Shown piece after piece: positions 1 through 15,432 of a stretch of DNA of 64,000 bases. Under the pieces are notes generated by a model, which was not told the DNA's origin, did not search any database, and worked only from the letters and a program-made list of their open reading frames with translations. The stretch is from Eledone cirrhosa (lineage: Eukaryota), in NCBI GenBank assembly GCA_964016885.1, contig OZ024741.1, forward strand, positions 48,050,001 through 48,114,000. Reading direction: 5' to 3'. The first letter of the stretch is position 1. Every line of letters begins with the position of its first letter. The translations under genes were made by a program, and so were the position numbers.

Positions 1-245
1 GTATGTGTGTATGTGTTGCGTGTGTGTGTGTGTGTATATATATATCTTTATATATGTGTATGTGTATGTTCGTGTAAGTGTATGTGTGTGTATGACTGTA
101 TATGTATGTGTGTATGTGTGTATGCGTAAATATTTCTATGTGCGCGTACATGTATGTATGTGTATATATCTGTATGTGTATGTATATTATATTATATTTA
201 TTATATTTTATTGTTTTATTTTTTTATTTTTCTTAATTTATAGAT
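1..245. repeat. (TG)n/(TA)n low-complexity tract
   Basis: Dinucleotide composition; the ORF at 5..286 is a CV/YI artefact. Confidence 0.9.
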
Positions 246-775
246 ACATTTATATTAGGCAGTCTGCTCAGACAATTGAATACTGACCCCCTCCCCCCCC
301 CCCCCCTCCCACCTAATTTCTGTATCTTGATCTTGAAATGTGTGTGCCAGTGTTTTATGTGAGTGATTTAATATCCATGTGCTTATGATTTTATATACAC
401 ATATATAAATGTGAGTGGGGGTGTGTGTGTGTTTGTATGTTCGTGGTCATGTGTATATTTATGCATATACGCGCATGTATGTGTGATTATACTGATATGT
501 GTGAGTATGAAAAAATATATTTATATGATTGACTCCATAAGTATCAATGCGCATCTTATCAGCGCATTTTAAGCTTACAGAGATATTAACCTTGAAATTT
601 TGTGTTTGCATCCATCTTTTTAGTATGCGTATACAAGTTATACATACATTTTTGTAAAATATGTGTAAGGATTTTACATGTATATACACACACCGAACTG
701 CTTTTAACCCTTTGTGTTTTCATTGGTCAATTTTGAACTGATATTTTGAATTGTTGTTATTATCAATAAATATAC

Positions 776-930
776 TTCATTATTTCTGAAGACGGCGTAT
801 ATATGTGTTAGGTATGTATATTTAATCTTGATAATTTGTATAATTTTGTATAATTTTGTACATAGATCTGTTGAATATGCATACCAATTATAACACATAT
901 ATACCCTAGAAACGATCGTTAAATAATGAA
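776..930 (+). ncRNA. Type I hammerhead ribozyme, family A (long stem II)
   Basis: Stem I TTCATTATTT(776-785)/AAATAATGAA(921-930); CTGAAGA 786-792; stem II GTATATATGTGTTA/TAACACATATATAC with an imperfect base; GAAAC-GATC-GTT 909-920 (palindromic loop III, GUU site). Confidence 0.75.
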
Positions 931-1116
931 CTTTTTTTGTTTAATATAAGGAATTGTTTATTCATTATTTGTTTAATATTTTATCTTGACTCTGTATACC
1001 GTTTATCTTTCACCGAAAGTGGATTTTCATTACATCTCTTCTTTCCATGATATCCGGAATACATTGAGTTCTTCATACGGATTGGACACTACCGTAAACT
1101 CTTGGTAGATTTATCT

Positions 1117-1540
<424 letters not shown>

Positions 1541-1543
<3 letters not shown>

Positions 1544-1953
1544 AAATATTAAAAAAATAATAATGAATAAAAGAAACAGTTCCTTATATTAAACAAAAAA
1601 AGTTCATTATTTAACGATCGTTTCTAGGATATATATGTGTTAGAATTGGCATGCATATTCAACAGATCTATGTACAAAATTATACAAAATTATACAAACT
1701 ATCAAGATTAAATATACATACCAAACACACATATATGCCGTCTTCAGAAATAATTATTTCTGAAGACGGCATATATGTGTGTTTGGTATGTATATTTAAT
1801 CTTGATAGTTTGTATAATTTTGTATAATTTTGTACATAGATCTGTTGAATATGCATGCCAATTCTAACACATATATATCCTAGAAACGATCGTTAAATAA
1901 TGAACTTTTTTTGTTTAATATAAGGAACTGTTTCATTGTTTTATTCATTATTT

Positions 1954-1966
<13 letters not shown>
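1541..1966. repeat. Foldback palindrome of family-A HHR element
   Basis: Arms are reverse complements about TCTTCAGAAATAA|TTATTTCTGAAGA (axis 1753/1754), with a small indel in the outer arms. Confidence 0.9.
1753..1901 (+). ncRNA. Hammerhead ribozyme family A (mirror copy on - strand at about 1606-1754)
   Basis: ATTATTT-CTGAAGA(1760-1766)...GAAAC-GATC-GTT(1883-1894)-AAATAAT. Confidence 0.7.
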
Positions 1967-1986
<20 letters not shown>

Positions 1987-2043
1987 GAAATATATATAGA
2001 AATATATATATATATATATAGAAATATATATATATATATATAG

Positions 2044-2108
<65 letters not shown>

Positions 2109-2158
2109 TATATATATATATACAATATTAAATAAATGGAAACTATATTTATAAAACC

Positions 2159-2235
2159 ATATTTATTTCATTATATATATTTCAGGGATATCATATTAAC
2201 AATATGCTATGCCTTCCTCAGACAAAATACAATAT
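2159..2235 (-). ncRNA. Hammerhead ribozyme family B
   Basis: Reverse strand: ATATTGTATTTTGT-CTGAGGA-AGGC..CCCT-GAAAT-ATAT-ATA-ATGAAATAAATAT; homologous to 18515-18777 and 56612-56687. Confidence 0.65.
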
Positions 2236-2402
2236 AAACAGTTTTATAGATAAATAGATTCGACATACCGTAACAACATCGACTTGCATTTGAAGAGGTT
2301 GATTTGGCAATATTGTAAATATACTCCAAATATTTGTCGAGTGCTTTTATATCAGTTATAAATATTTACTAGTTGTAACCCAACGATTTTAAATATAACT
2401 TT

Positions 2403-3288
<886 letters not shown>

Positions 3289-3392
3289 AATGAAGTAATT
3301 CCATCGGAAAAGTCCAGGAAAAAAGAGTGCTCTATGTATGCAACAGAGCTTAATTATTATTATTATTATGTAATAAACAACATAAGGCAATT

Positions 3393-3455
3393 ATTCCATT
3401 TACCAGTGGTTTCTTAAAAGCAAAAGGTTTTGCTTTCAATCCTCAGAATGAAAAA
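3393..3455 (-). ncRNA. Canonical type I hammerhead ribozyme, family C
   Basis: Reverse strand: TTTCATT-CTGAGGA-TTGAAAGCAAAA/TTTTGCTTTTAA-GAAACC-ACT-GGTA-AATGGAA; all core residues present, GUA site. Confidence 0.85.
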
Positions 3456-3554
3456 TCCTGGTTTGTTTATTGAATATGGATTCTAAAAACAAAAATGCAA
3501 TCTATATGAAACTGAGGCTGGAAAAGGGAGAAGGAAAGGAAAAATAAAATAAAA

Positions 3555-3736
3555 CTACACATGCAAACACACACAAAAAAACACAAAAGTATACTTACCT
3601 CACACATACATGTATACACATATATAAATGCACGCATGCACATATACATATACACATATATATATATATAAAGAGCGTACACCTACACACACATAGACAT
3701 ATATACACACATATACACATACATATATTCATACAT

Positions 3737-3767
<31 letters not shown>

Positions 3768-3802
3768 TACACACACACATATATATACACATGTACATAT
3801 CC

Positions 3803-3833
<31 letters not shown>

Positions 3834-3835
3834 TA

Positions 3836-3868
<33 letters not shown>

Positions 3869-4625
3869 GTGTGTACAAGCATACACATACACACACACAT
3901 ATATATACACACACATATACATACATTCACACAAACATACAACGTACATACATACACATACATGAATGCACTCCACTACATATTAACACACGCAAATAAA
4001 TATAAGAAATATATATAAATATATATTAACAAATTTTGACAGCGATACATGACCCAGCTAACAGGACAGACACGCGTGGTAAGTAATACACACATAAGCA
4101 CATATACATACGTTCGAAATAGTAAACACATACACACACTCTCACACATAAATATACATATACAAATACATAAACACGTACATACACAAACACGTACACG
4201 TATACAATATAAACACACACATGTATATGTAATTATATACACACACACACACATATATATATATACATACAAAAAATTTAAAAATATAAACGCACACACA
4301 CATATAAATACGTAAACACACATATACATACATAGCTAAACAATTATACACATGCAAATACGTATATATCAAAAGAACGCACAACCAAATACAAACACAC
4401 ACACATATACACACACACACACCCCCACACACAAACCCACACATACATAAAAATAAATAAATACACACGCACACATATACATACATACACATACATATAC
4501 ATATATACATATATACATATATATACACATATATATATATAAAAATATACATATATACACACATACACGTACACATACACACATGCATACACATACACAC
4601 ACACATATACATGTGTGTATGTGTA
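3555..4625. repeat. (CA)n/(TA)n cryptic simple repeat
   Basis: Direct reading; the overlapping CVCV/HTHT ORFs are artefacts. Confidence 0.9.
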
Positions 4626-4706
4626 AAGCTCAGTATTAGATAAGACAAATGAACCTTACATAAACGTATATATAGTAGTAAAGTAATAAAGCCATACAAG
4701 GCAATT

Positions 4707-4770
4707 AATCCATTCAACAGAGGTTTCTTAAAAGCAAAAAAAGTTTCCTTCAATCTTCAGAATGAAAAAA
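4707..4770 (-). ncRNA. Degenerate hammerhead family C (direct repeat of about 3372-3466)
   Basis: TTCATT-CTGAAGA...GAAACCTCTGTTG-AATGG; cleavage triplet mutated; offset 1314 bp. Confidence 0.6.
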
Positions 4771-4841
4771 ACCCTGGTTTATCCACATATACATACATAT
4801 ACACACACAAATATACAAATATATACACACATACAGACACG

Positions 4842-4872
<31 letters not shown>

Positions 4873-4877
4873 TTCTA

Positions 4878-7128
4878 TCATCATCATCATCATGTGTATT
4901 TTGTTAGAGATGCCTACTGGCTGGAGTAGGTTTTACTATATATTTAGGTAAGGCGGGTCTTCTCTGTTACTGAGTACCGCCAAAGGTCTCGGTCCAGTGA
5001 CATTGTCTTGGAGAGGTGTAAGTGTGTGATGTCGGAGTTTATCAGCTCGTCCCAGGTTTTTCTAGGTCTGCCTATTCCGTGACTACCGTCTATCTTTATT
5101 GCCCTGCACTTTGTTATACAGCTATCGACTTTCATGCGCATCACGTGTCCATACCAACGTAGCCTTCTCTCGAGTAAACAACACCTGATCCCTCTTATCT
5201 CTAATTTTTTCCTTAGTTCGTTTATGCTTTGCCGTTCACGTATATTACTGTTACACATCCAGCGGAGCATGCAAGCTTCGTTCCTCTCTAGTCTGCGTAT
5301 ATCCTCTGCACACAATGCCCAGGTCTCACTGCCATGCAGCATTGTTGTTCGTATGCAGGCATCGTACAACCTGCCTTTCATTTTTAGTGAGAACCCTTTA
5401 GCAGCTAATAGTGGTATAAGCTCTCTGAACTTTTTCCACCCAGTTCTGACTCTAGCTACAGTACTTTCAGAGCACCCTCCCCCACTGCTGATTTTATCGC
5501 CCAGGTAACGGAAGCTGTCCACTATTTCTATAGAACCCTCTGCGCTATTGAAAGAGCTAGTAGTTTGTGGGCACTTGCTGCTACTTATTGCACCAGAGCA
5601 CCGGCCACATGTAAAATCTATGTTCTTAGTTAGCTTACCTGTGATCCCACTACATCTTTTATGCACCCATACTTTGCATTTAGGACATAAAATGGAGTTT
5701 CTACCTACGCCTTTCCTACACACCGAGCACGACCATTTCCCAGAAGGGACCGCCGCCTTGTTTTCTTTCCTACAAACTAGTACTTTGGTCTTAGCCAGGT
5801 TAATTTTAAGTCCTTTTGACTCTAGGCCGTGCTTCCATGTTTGGAATTTCTTCTCTAGCTCGGCCATTGATTCCGCTATGAGTGTCAGGTCGTCTGCGTA
5901 TAGGAGTTCCCATGGGCAGCCTGTCTTGAACTCCTCTGTTATAGCCTGAAGGGCAATAATAAATAGTAGTGGGCTGAGAACAGAGCCCTGATGGACGCCA
6001 ACTTTTACGCTAAACTCTTCACTATATTCGTTGTTAATTCTAACCTTGCTGACTGTTTCTTTATACATGGCTTGTATAGCCCTCACAAGCCATTCGTCAA
6101 CGCCTAGTTTTCTAAGAGCCCACCAGATAATGGAGCGGGGGACTCTGTCGAAGGCTTTCTCCAAGTCGACAAAAGCTAAGTAGAGGGGTTTACCTTTAGC
6201 TAGGTACTTCTCCTGTAGTTGTCGTACTATGAAAAGAGCATCTGTGGTACTTTTGCCTGACACAAACCCGAACTGCATTTCATCTAGGTCAATTCTCTCT
6301 CTGATTAGTTGCGCTATTACTTTTTCCCTGACCTTCATGACCTGGTCGATTAATTTAATGCCTCTATAGTTACTCCTATCTAGGGCATCTCTTTTACCCT
6401 TATAACAGTTAACGATGATGCTGCTATGCCAGTCCTTCGGAACAACCCCATTCTGTACGACTTGGTTAACTATGCGGGTGACCATGGTGTGTCCCACCGT
6501 GCCAGATGCCTTCAGCATCTCAGCAACTATTTCCGAAGGCCCAGCCGCCTTACCCGTCTTCATATCCTTGATTGCCTTACTTATTATACTCCCCTCGACT
6601 AACACTGCTGGTCCCTCTATTGGGTCGATATGGGGGAGACTGCCTTTCTCCCAATTATTCTCCTCATTTAGTAGCCTTTCATAGTGACACTTCCAAGCTA
6701 CCTTCTTATCAGCGTCGGTGATGGCAAGTGTGCCATCGTCGTTTAGTACACACTTCTCCCCGACAATATCACGGTTTTCCTTGACGCATTGCCTAGCAAT
6801 CCTGAACACCTCACGTTTTTGGTCATCGCGTTGTAGAACATGCTTGAACTTTCTTTCCTCAGCTTCCCTTCTTGCTAAGTACACTTGTCTCCTAGCTTCC
6901 CCCCTGGCCACTTGATAGTCCTCTCTACTTCCCCCATCCCGCCATACTTTCCAAGCCTGCTTTTTGGCCTTAATTGACCCCTCCACCTTACTGTTCCACC
7001 ACCATGTTACTCTCCTCCTGCCTACAGGCCTGCTCCAGCCACAGACTTCGTCTGTCGCCAACAGCAGGTTTGCTCTCAGAAATTCCCACTCTCCCTCTAT
7101 ATTGTCCGACTCTAAATGTTCTTCCTTA

Positions 7129-7131
<3 letters not shown>
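4878..7131 (-). mobile_element. RTE-clade LINE subfamily A, 5'-truncated, shortened 3' UTR with (GAT)n tail
   Basis: RT ORF 4944..7061; nearly identical to the copy at 41073..43202. Confidence 0.9.
4944..7061 (-). CDS. Non-LTR reverse transcriptase (RTE) with inserted PHD-like finger, partial
   Basis: [60 protein letters not shown] motifs. Confidence 0.9.
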   Translation of the reverse strand: MATDEVCGWSRPVGRRRVTWWWNSKVEGSIKAKKQAWKVWRDGGSREDYQVARGEARRQVYLARREAEERKFKHVLQRDDQKREVFRIARQCVKENRDIVGEKCVLNDDGTLAITDADKKVAWKCHYERLLNEENNWEKGSLPHIDPIEGPAVLVEGSIISKAIKDMKTGKAAGPSEIVAEMLKASGTVGHTMVTRIVNQVVQNGVVPKDWHSSIIVNCYKGKRDALDRSNYRGIKLIDQVMKVREKVIAQLIRERIDLDEMQFGFVSGKSTTDALFIVRQLQEKYLAKGKPLYLAFVDLEKAFDRVPRSIIWWALRKLGVDEWLVRAIQAMYKETVSKVRINNEYSEEFSVKVGVHQGSVLSPLLFIIALQAITEEFKTGCPWELLYADDLTLIAESMAELEKKFQTWKHGLESKGLKINLAKTKVLVCRKENKAAVPSGKWSCSVCRKGVGRNSILCPKCKVWVHKRCSGITGKLTKNIDFTCGRCSGAISSSKCPQTTSSFNSAEGSIEIVDSFRYLGDKISSGGGCSESTVARVRTGWKKFRELIPLLAAKGFSLKMKGRLYDACIRTTMLHGSETWALCAEDIRRLERNEACMLRWMCNSNIRERQSINELRKKLEIRGIRCCLLERRLRWYGHVMRMKVDSCITKCRAIKIDGSHGIGRPRKTWDELINSDITHLHLSKTMSLDRDLWRYSVTEKTRLT

Positions 7132-8318
<1,187 letters not shown>

Positions 8319-8568
8319 ACAAAAAAACACAAAAAACACACAGTCCACGCTGTAATGTGGCCGTGTAGGCAACACGGTAAAAACCTCCCAGACCCACACT
8401 GTAAATGTGGTTGGTGTTAGGAAGGGCATCCAACTGTAGAAAACCTGCCAGACAGTCCTATGCGAGCAAGACAATCACTCTTGCCTCAAGTGGGACTACC
8501 CCCGTCCAAACCCATGCAAGCGTGGAACACGGACGTTAAACGTTGATGATGATGATGATGATGATGAT
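8319..8568 (+). mobile_element. RTE-A 3' UTR fragment with (GAT)n tail
   Basis: Matches about 43325-43563. Confidence 0.85.
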
Positions 8569-8572
8569 ATAG

Positions 8573-8621
<49 letters not shown>

Positions 8622-8645
8622 TATATATATATATATAGAAATATT

Positions 8646-8733
<88 letters not shown>

Positions 8734-8735
8734 TT

Positions 8736-8772
<37 letters not shown>

Positions 8773-8830
8773 ATTTATATATATATATATTTATATATAT
8801 AAATATTTATATATATATATATTTATATAT

Positions 8831-9527
8831 ACTCTTTTACTCTTTTACCTGTTTCAGCCATCCGGCTGAGGCCATGCTGGGGCACCGCCCTTGTTGCTAC
8901 ACATTTTATCTCCAGCCTGTATAGGTTGGCCACTGGTGTAGGAGGGAGTTTGTTGCTGCTGCCCTTAGGTTTCCCTCGTGTCTTGCTGTGGTCTCATCCG
9001 GGATCCTGGATAACAAGGTGTCGAGATGTTTCTTAAAGACATCCACCTCCACGTCATGCAAGTCTCGCAGATGCTTCGGCAGCCTGTTGAAGAGTTGAGG
9101 GCCCTTGAATCCCAGGCTATTGCAATACCTGCTCCTTATTCTAGATGTGGAAGACGGGACCTTTGGCACCACACAGTGACGTCCTGTTCGACGGTTGGTC
9201 CAGCTCCCAATGCCAAAGTTTGGTGCTAGTCCCTCCAGGATTTTCCACATGTAGATCACTGCGTATCTCTCCCGTCTTCGCTCCAAGGAGTAGAGGTTCA
9301 GTTCCTTCAGCCTCTCCCAGTAGCTTGTCTCCCTCATCTTGGCAATCCTCTTGGTGTAGCTTCGCTGGATTGCCTCAAGCTCTGTGGTTAGTTTGACACT
9401 ATGGGGTGACCACAGCTGGGAGCAGTAGTCCAGGCGGCTTAGGACAAAAGTCCTCCACAGTGTCAACATGGTGTCTCGATCTCTTGTAAGGAAAGTCCTC
9501 AAGATCCAGCCAGCGAATCGTCTACAT
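8831..9527 (-). mobile_element. CR1/L2-type LINE 3' fragment
   Basis: ORF 8906..9502 has [35 protein letters not shown] (C-terminal region typical of CR1-group ORF2); (TAAAAGAG)n tail. Confidence 0.8.
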
Positions 9528-9529
9528 GC

Positions 9530-9541
9530 TATATATATATT

Positions 9542-9627
<86 letters not shown>

Positions 9628-9907
9628 TATATATATATATATATAGAAATATTTATATATATATATATATATATAGAAATATTTATATATATATATATAG
9701 AAATATTTATATATATATATATATATATATAGAAATATTTATATATATATATATATAGAGAAATATTTATATATATATATATATATATATAGAAATATTT
9801 ATATATATATATATATATAGAAATATTTATATATATATATATATATAGAAATATTTATATATATATATATGTATAGAAATATTTATATATATATATATAT
9901 ATAGAAA

Positions 9908-9971
<64 letters not shown>

Positions 9972-10048
9972 TTTATATATATATATATTTATATATATAT
10001 ATATAGAAATATTTATATATATATATATATATAGAAATATATATATAG

Positions 10049-10095
<47 letters not shown>

Positions 10096-11054
10096 TATAT
10101 ATAGAAATATATATATATATATATAGATATATATATAGAAATATATATATATATATATATAGATATATATATAGAAATATATATAGATATATATATAGAT
10201 ATATATATAGATATATATATAGAAATATATATAGATATATATAGATATATATATATATAGAAATATATATATATATAGATAGATATATATAGATATATAT
10301 ATATATATACATATATAGATATATATATATATATATATATATAGATATATATATATATATACATATATAGATATATAGATAGATATATATAGATATATAT
10401 ATATATATACATATATAGATATATAGATAGATATATATAGATATATATATATATATACATATATAGATATATAGATAGATATATATATAGATATATATAT
10501 ATATATACATATATAGATATATAGATAGATATATATATAGATATATATATATATATACATATATAGATATATAGATAGATATATATATAGATATATATAT
10601 ATATATACATATATAGATATATAGATAGATATATATATAGATATATATATATATATACATATATAGATATATATATATATATATATAGATATATATAGAT
10701 ATATATATATACATATATAGATATATATATATATATATATAGATATATATATAGATATATATATAGATATATATATATAGATATATATATATAGATATAT
10801 AGATATATAGATATATAGATATATATATATAGATATATATACATATATAGAAATATATATATATATATATATAGATATATATCTATATATATATCTATAT
10901 ATATATATATATATATATATCTCTATATATAGATATATAGATATATATATATAGATATATATCTATATATATATCTATATATATATATATATATATATAT
11001 CTCTATATATAGATATATAGATATATATATATAGATATATATACATATATAGAA

Positions 11055-11124
<70 letters not shown>

Positions 11125-11170
11125 ATATATATATATATATATATATATCTATATATATATATATATATTC
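9530..11170. repeat. (TA)n/(TAGA)n compound microsatellite
   Basis: Direct reading. Confidence 0.95.
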
Positions 11171-11600
11171 ATATAGTAATAATAATAAAATTGAAGACTA
11201 AAATCTAAAGAGGGCTCGATAAGGAAAATATATATCAGATATATAAGAACCGGAGAGCAAATATATATAAATATATATATATAAATTTATATATATATAA
11301 GGTGAAATAAAATGAAAACAAAATTTTATTTCTCACTCTTAGTACGGCACTTACTTAAATGTAAGTATGTGTGTATACGTACATACATATATGTATACAG
11401 ACGTACAGTAGCATGCATATATATATATATATATATATACATATATACATACAGGTACACATATATGCACGTATCAGTTTAGCGGACGCTTATTATAACG
11501 CCGCTTTGTTCGTTTGTAAACAAACTGAACAGCCTGAATGTTATGGCGTACGGTGTTAAGGCAACCACGTCACCTTTTTGTTCAACACTGACACAGGAAC

Positions 11601-11639
11601 GATGTACTAGTTTCAAGCTTGTTAGCTATCATCAGCACC
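11601..11639 (-). ncRNA. Minimal type I hammerhead ribozyme, family D
   Basis: Reverse strand: GGTG-CTGATGA-T-AGCT-AACA-AGCT-T-GAAA-CTAG-TA-CATC; palindromic CUAG loop III, GUA site. Confidence 0.8.
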
Positions 11640-11654
11640 CTATACCCATCTGTC

Positions 11655-11691
<37 letters not shown>

Positions 11692-11692
11692 C

Positions 11693-11735
<43 letters not shown>

Positions 11736-11766
11736 TAATTTATATATATATATATATATAAATATA

Positions 11767-11813
<47 letters not shown>

Positions 11814-12107
11814 TAATTTATATATATATATATATATATATATAAATTATATTTATATATATATATATATATATAAATTATATTTATATATATATATATA
11901 TATATAAATTATATTTATATATATATATATATATATAAATTATATTTATATATATATATATATATATAAATTATATTTATATATGAATATAGACATAGAA
12001 TATTCGAAAATATTCTGTATGTTTATAATAAACATTTTGAAGACCTAATCGCTATAGAATAGAATACGTCACGTATTACAATTAGATTCTCGATAAAAGC
12101 AAGGGAA

Positions 12108-12150
12108 GTAATCTACGCGTTTCATTCTCGTTAGAAATCATCAGGACTAC
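12108..12150 (-). ncRNA. Minimal hammerhead ribozyme family E, copy 1
   Basis: Reverse strand: GTAGTC-CTGATGA-T-TTCT-AACG-AGAA-T-GAAA-CGCG-TA-GATTAC. Confidence 0.85.
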
Positions 12151-12417
12151 ATATCCAGTGCTTTTATCGAGAATGACACAGCTAGAGACTTATAGAATAC
12201 TTAGCTGTGTACAGGAACTGGTTTGAAAGAGCGGTTGCCGGTCCGGCAGAAATTAGAAATTGGAATAAATGCTCTGAAATAGCGATATATATGTGAATAT
12301 AGACATAGAATATTCGAAAATATTCTGTATGTTTATAATAAACATTTTGAAGACCTAATCGCTATAGAATAGAATACGTCACGTATTACAATTAGATTCT
12401 CGATAAAAGCAAGGGAA

Positions 12418-12460
12418 GTAATCTACGCGTTTCATTCTCGTTAGAAATCATCAGGACTAC
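12418..12460 (-). ncRNA. Minimal hammerhead ribozyme family E, copy 2
   Basis: Identical to 12108-12150. Confidence 0.85.
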
Positions 12461-12574
12461 ATATCCAGTGCTTTTATCGAGAATGACACAGCTAGAGACT
12501 TATAGAATACTTAGCTGTGTACAGGAACTGGTTTGAAAGAGCGGTTGCCGGTCCGGCAGAAATTAGAAATTGGA

Positions 12575-12609
<35 letters not shown>

Positions 12610-12646
12610 TATATATTTATATATATATATATATATATATAAATTA

Positions 12647-12687
<41 letters not shown>

Positions 12688-13101
12688 TATATTTATATAT
12701 ATAAATATAATTTATATATAAATATATATAACGGCGACTAATTAGTTTTGCGAGGTTTTTTATATGAAATGATGTGTCGAAACAAATATTGTTATACTTG
12801 GGGAGGGTCATATTTGTGTAATATTGCCAGAATTAATAACAGAACACACTCACTGTTTGGTTGATTTTCGCTTTTTGCTTCTGACAATGTTGCAGATGTG
12901 CAACGAAAGAACTTTGATAAACTATATATATGTGTTTGTGTCTATATTGTATCTGTATTATTTTTGACCGTTGGTCAGTTAATGGCAACATTGAGGACCG
13001 CATAAATTTGATTACCGATATAAAAGACACAGAAGCGAAAAGCGAAAACCAACCAAACAGTGAGTGTGTTCTGTTATTAATTCTGGCAATATTACACAAA
13101 T

Positions 13102-13990
13102 ATGACCCTCCCCAAGTATAACAATATTTGTTTCGACACACGATTTCATATAAAAAACCTCGCAAAACTAATTCATCGCCGTTATGGCATTAGCTTGTGC
13201 CAAGCTGAAAGGTTATTGAAAGACACTGTTTTCTGTTATATAAAAACTACAATAACAACAGAACAAATTCGCTTCTTAAAACACTGTGTTTCCTCCAAAA
13301 TATACACAACAAACATATCAAAACAAGTAAATAATTTATTATTGAACAAAACACAAGCAGAATGACTAAAACACACAATAACAGTTAATATGAAAAGAAC
13401 AACATACAGAAAAGGCAACGAACTTTACAGACAGAAACGCATTAACGGTAAGGAAGTCCGAAATCTCACCACACCAAACGAGAGGGATGACTTCATGAGC
13501 GTCATCCGACGTGAAACGAAATACGCCTGAAACGAATGCAATAGGCATTTCAATAAGAAATTAGAATGGATGAATAAGAAAAAACTACAAGAAAGGAAAA
13601 TAGAATATTCTCAAAAATACCCAGATAACATCAACAATATCCGTATGACTGATGTAAAACTACCGGAAGAATTTACCAATGACCACACAGTAAATATTTA
13701 TGGGAACACTTTAATCAGTGAACAAGAACAACAAATCCTGCAGCTACCACCAAAATTTGCCATCTATAAAAAGATTAACCCTATTGAGTGCAAAAAGGAG
13801 CTGGAAAAGTGTTTCACAAAAATACGTTGGAATGCAAAAGTAAACAACAACAACAACAATAATAACGGTAGTAGTAATATAAACAATAACTCTGAGTATA
13901 GAAATAACAGCAATAACAATAGCAGGAGAGTGAGAAATAGTAATAATGGTAATAATACTAACGATAGACAGAACAACAACAACCACATCA
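13102..13990 (+). pseudogene. PLE ORF N-terminal region, ending in an Asn-rich linker
   Basis: LQLPPKFAIYKKI..EKCFTKIRW is homologous to LRLPPKFATFKKV..EKSFTKLRW at 61918..62427; disrupted by stops and frameshifts. Confidence 0.7.
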
Positions 13991-14016
13991 TCATCATATT
14001 TATATATATGTATATA

Positions 14017-14770
14017 ATGAAAGGCAGACTGTATGATGCGTGTATCCGAACAGCGATGTTGCATGGTAGTGAGACCTGGGCGCTGAAGGTGGAAGACTTA
14101 CGTAGAGAGATACGAAGCCTGCATGCTCCGATGGATGTGTAACAGTAATATACGTGAACGACAAAGCATAAAGGAATTGAGAGAGAGACTGAGCATAAGA
14201 GGAATCAAATGCTGCGTGCAGGAGAGGCGGTTACGCTGGTATGGACATGTGATGCGTATGAAGGATGACAGCTGCATAAAAAGGTGCAGAGCACTAGAAG
14301 TTGATGGAAACCGCGGAGTGGGGAGACCCAAGATGACTTGGGATGAGGTGATAAAAGCCGACCTTACCCAACTACACCTCTCAAAGTCAATGACACACGA
14401 CCGTGACTTCTGGCGTCACGCAGTAATACAGGGTACCCGACCTCCCATGGGTACATGCTGAAGCATATAAACAATATGCCCCCCCCCCCCCCCCACCGCA
14501 AGGTGGTCGTGGAGGTGCCACGGCAAAAAAGCACCCAGCCCACACTGTAAAGTGGACGTGTAGGCGCCACGAAAAAGCACCCAGCACTCACTGTAAATGA
14601 GGTTGGTGTTAGGAAGGGCATCCAGCTGTAGAAATCAAGCCAGATCAGTTCCTGTATGAGCAAGGCATGGTCAGCCGACCAGACACTGCCCACAACAGGA
14701 CAACCCGTCTAACCCATGCTAGCGTGGAAGAACGGACGTAAAACGGTGATGATGATGATGATGATGATGA
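14017..14770 (+). mobile_element. RTE LINE subfamily B 3' fragment nested in the PLE
   Basis: Near-identical to the 3' part of 22389-24041; (GAT)n tail. Confidence 0.9.
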
Positions 14771-14879
14771 TATATATATATATTTATATACATTTATATA
14801 TATATATATTTATATATATTTATATATATATATATATATATACATTTATATATATATATTTATATATATATATATATAC

Positions 14880-15140
14880 AAAAAAGCACCCAGCACTCAC
14901 TGTAAATGAGGTTGGTGTTAGGAAGGGCATCCAGCTGTAGAAATCAAGCCAGCATCAGGTCCCCGTCCCACCCTTGCAAGCAGGGAAAAGTGGACGTAAA
15001 ATGAAATGAAAATGAAATGAAATTTATATATATATATATATATCATCATCATCGTTTAACGTCCCTGTTCCACGCTTGCATGGGTTTGGACGGGGGTTTT
15101 CCCACTTGAGGTAAGAGTGGTTGTCTTGCTCGCATAGGAC
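14880..15140. mobile_element. Two tail-to-tail RTE 3'-end fragments
   Basis: GGTGTTAGGAAGGGCATCC motif on + with (TGAAAA)n tail; RTE-A tail on - at 15043-15140. Confidence 0.65.
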
Positions 15141-15432
15141 TGAATAATAATAATAGCAACATTAATGATAGACACAACAAAAACAAGAAACATGATAAAA
15201 GTAACAACCACAATGGTAGAAATAACAGTAACAACAACAATAACGGTGAAGTAAACAACAATCACAGCAGCAACAATACATCTAGCAATCATAACAATAA
15301 TAATAGTGCTAATGATAGGAACAACAACAACCACCATAATAACAATAATAGCAACACACACAACTATGACGATAGATATAATGACAACCCTTAGAGAAAC
15401 TATTTTTCAACCCAGCTGACAAAACATATAAG

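Larger units (their letters stand above)
11981..12580 (-). mobile_element. 310-bp tandem repeat, one HHR per unit (non-LTR retrozyme-like or tandem pLTR)
   Basis: 11991.. repeats at 12301.. essentially identically; flanked by (TA)n. Confidence 0.75.

Noticed and set aside
5134-6915. Antisense ORFs over RTE and PLE coding regions (also 22816-23931, 41219-43126, 60370-61512)
   Set aside because: Shadow ORFs of the retroelement frames
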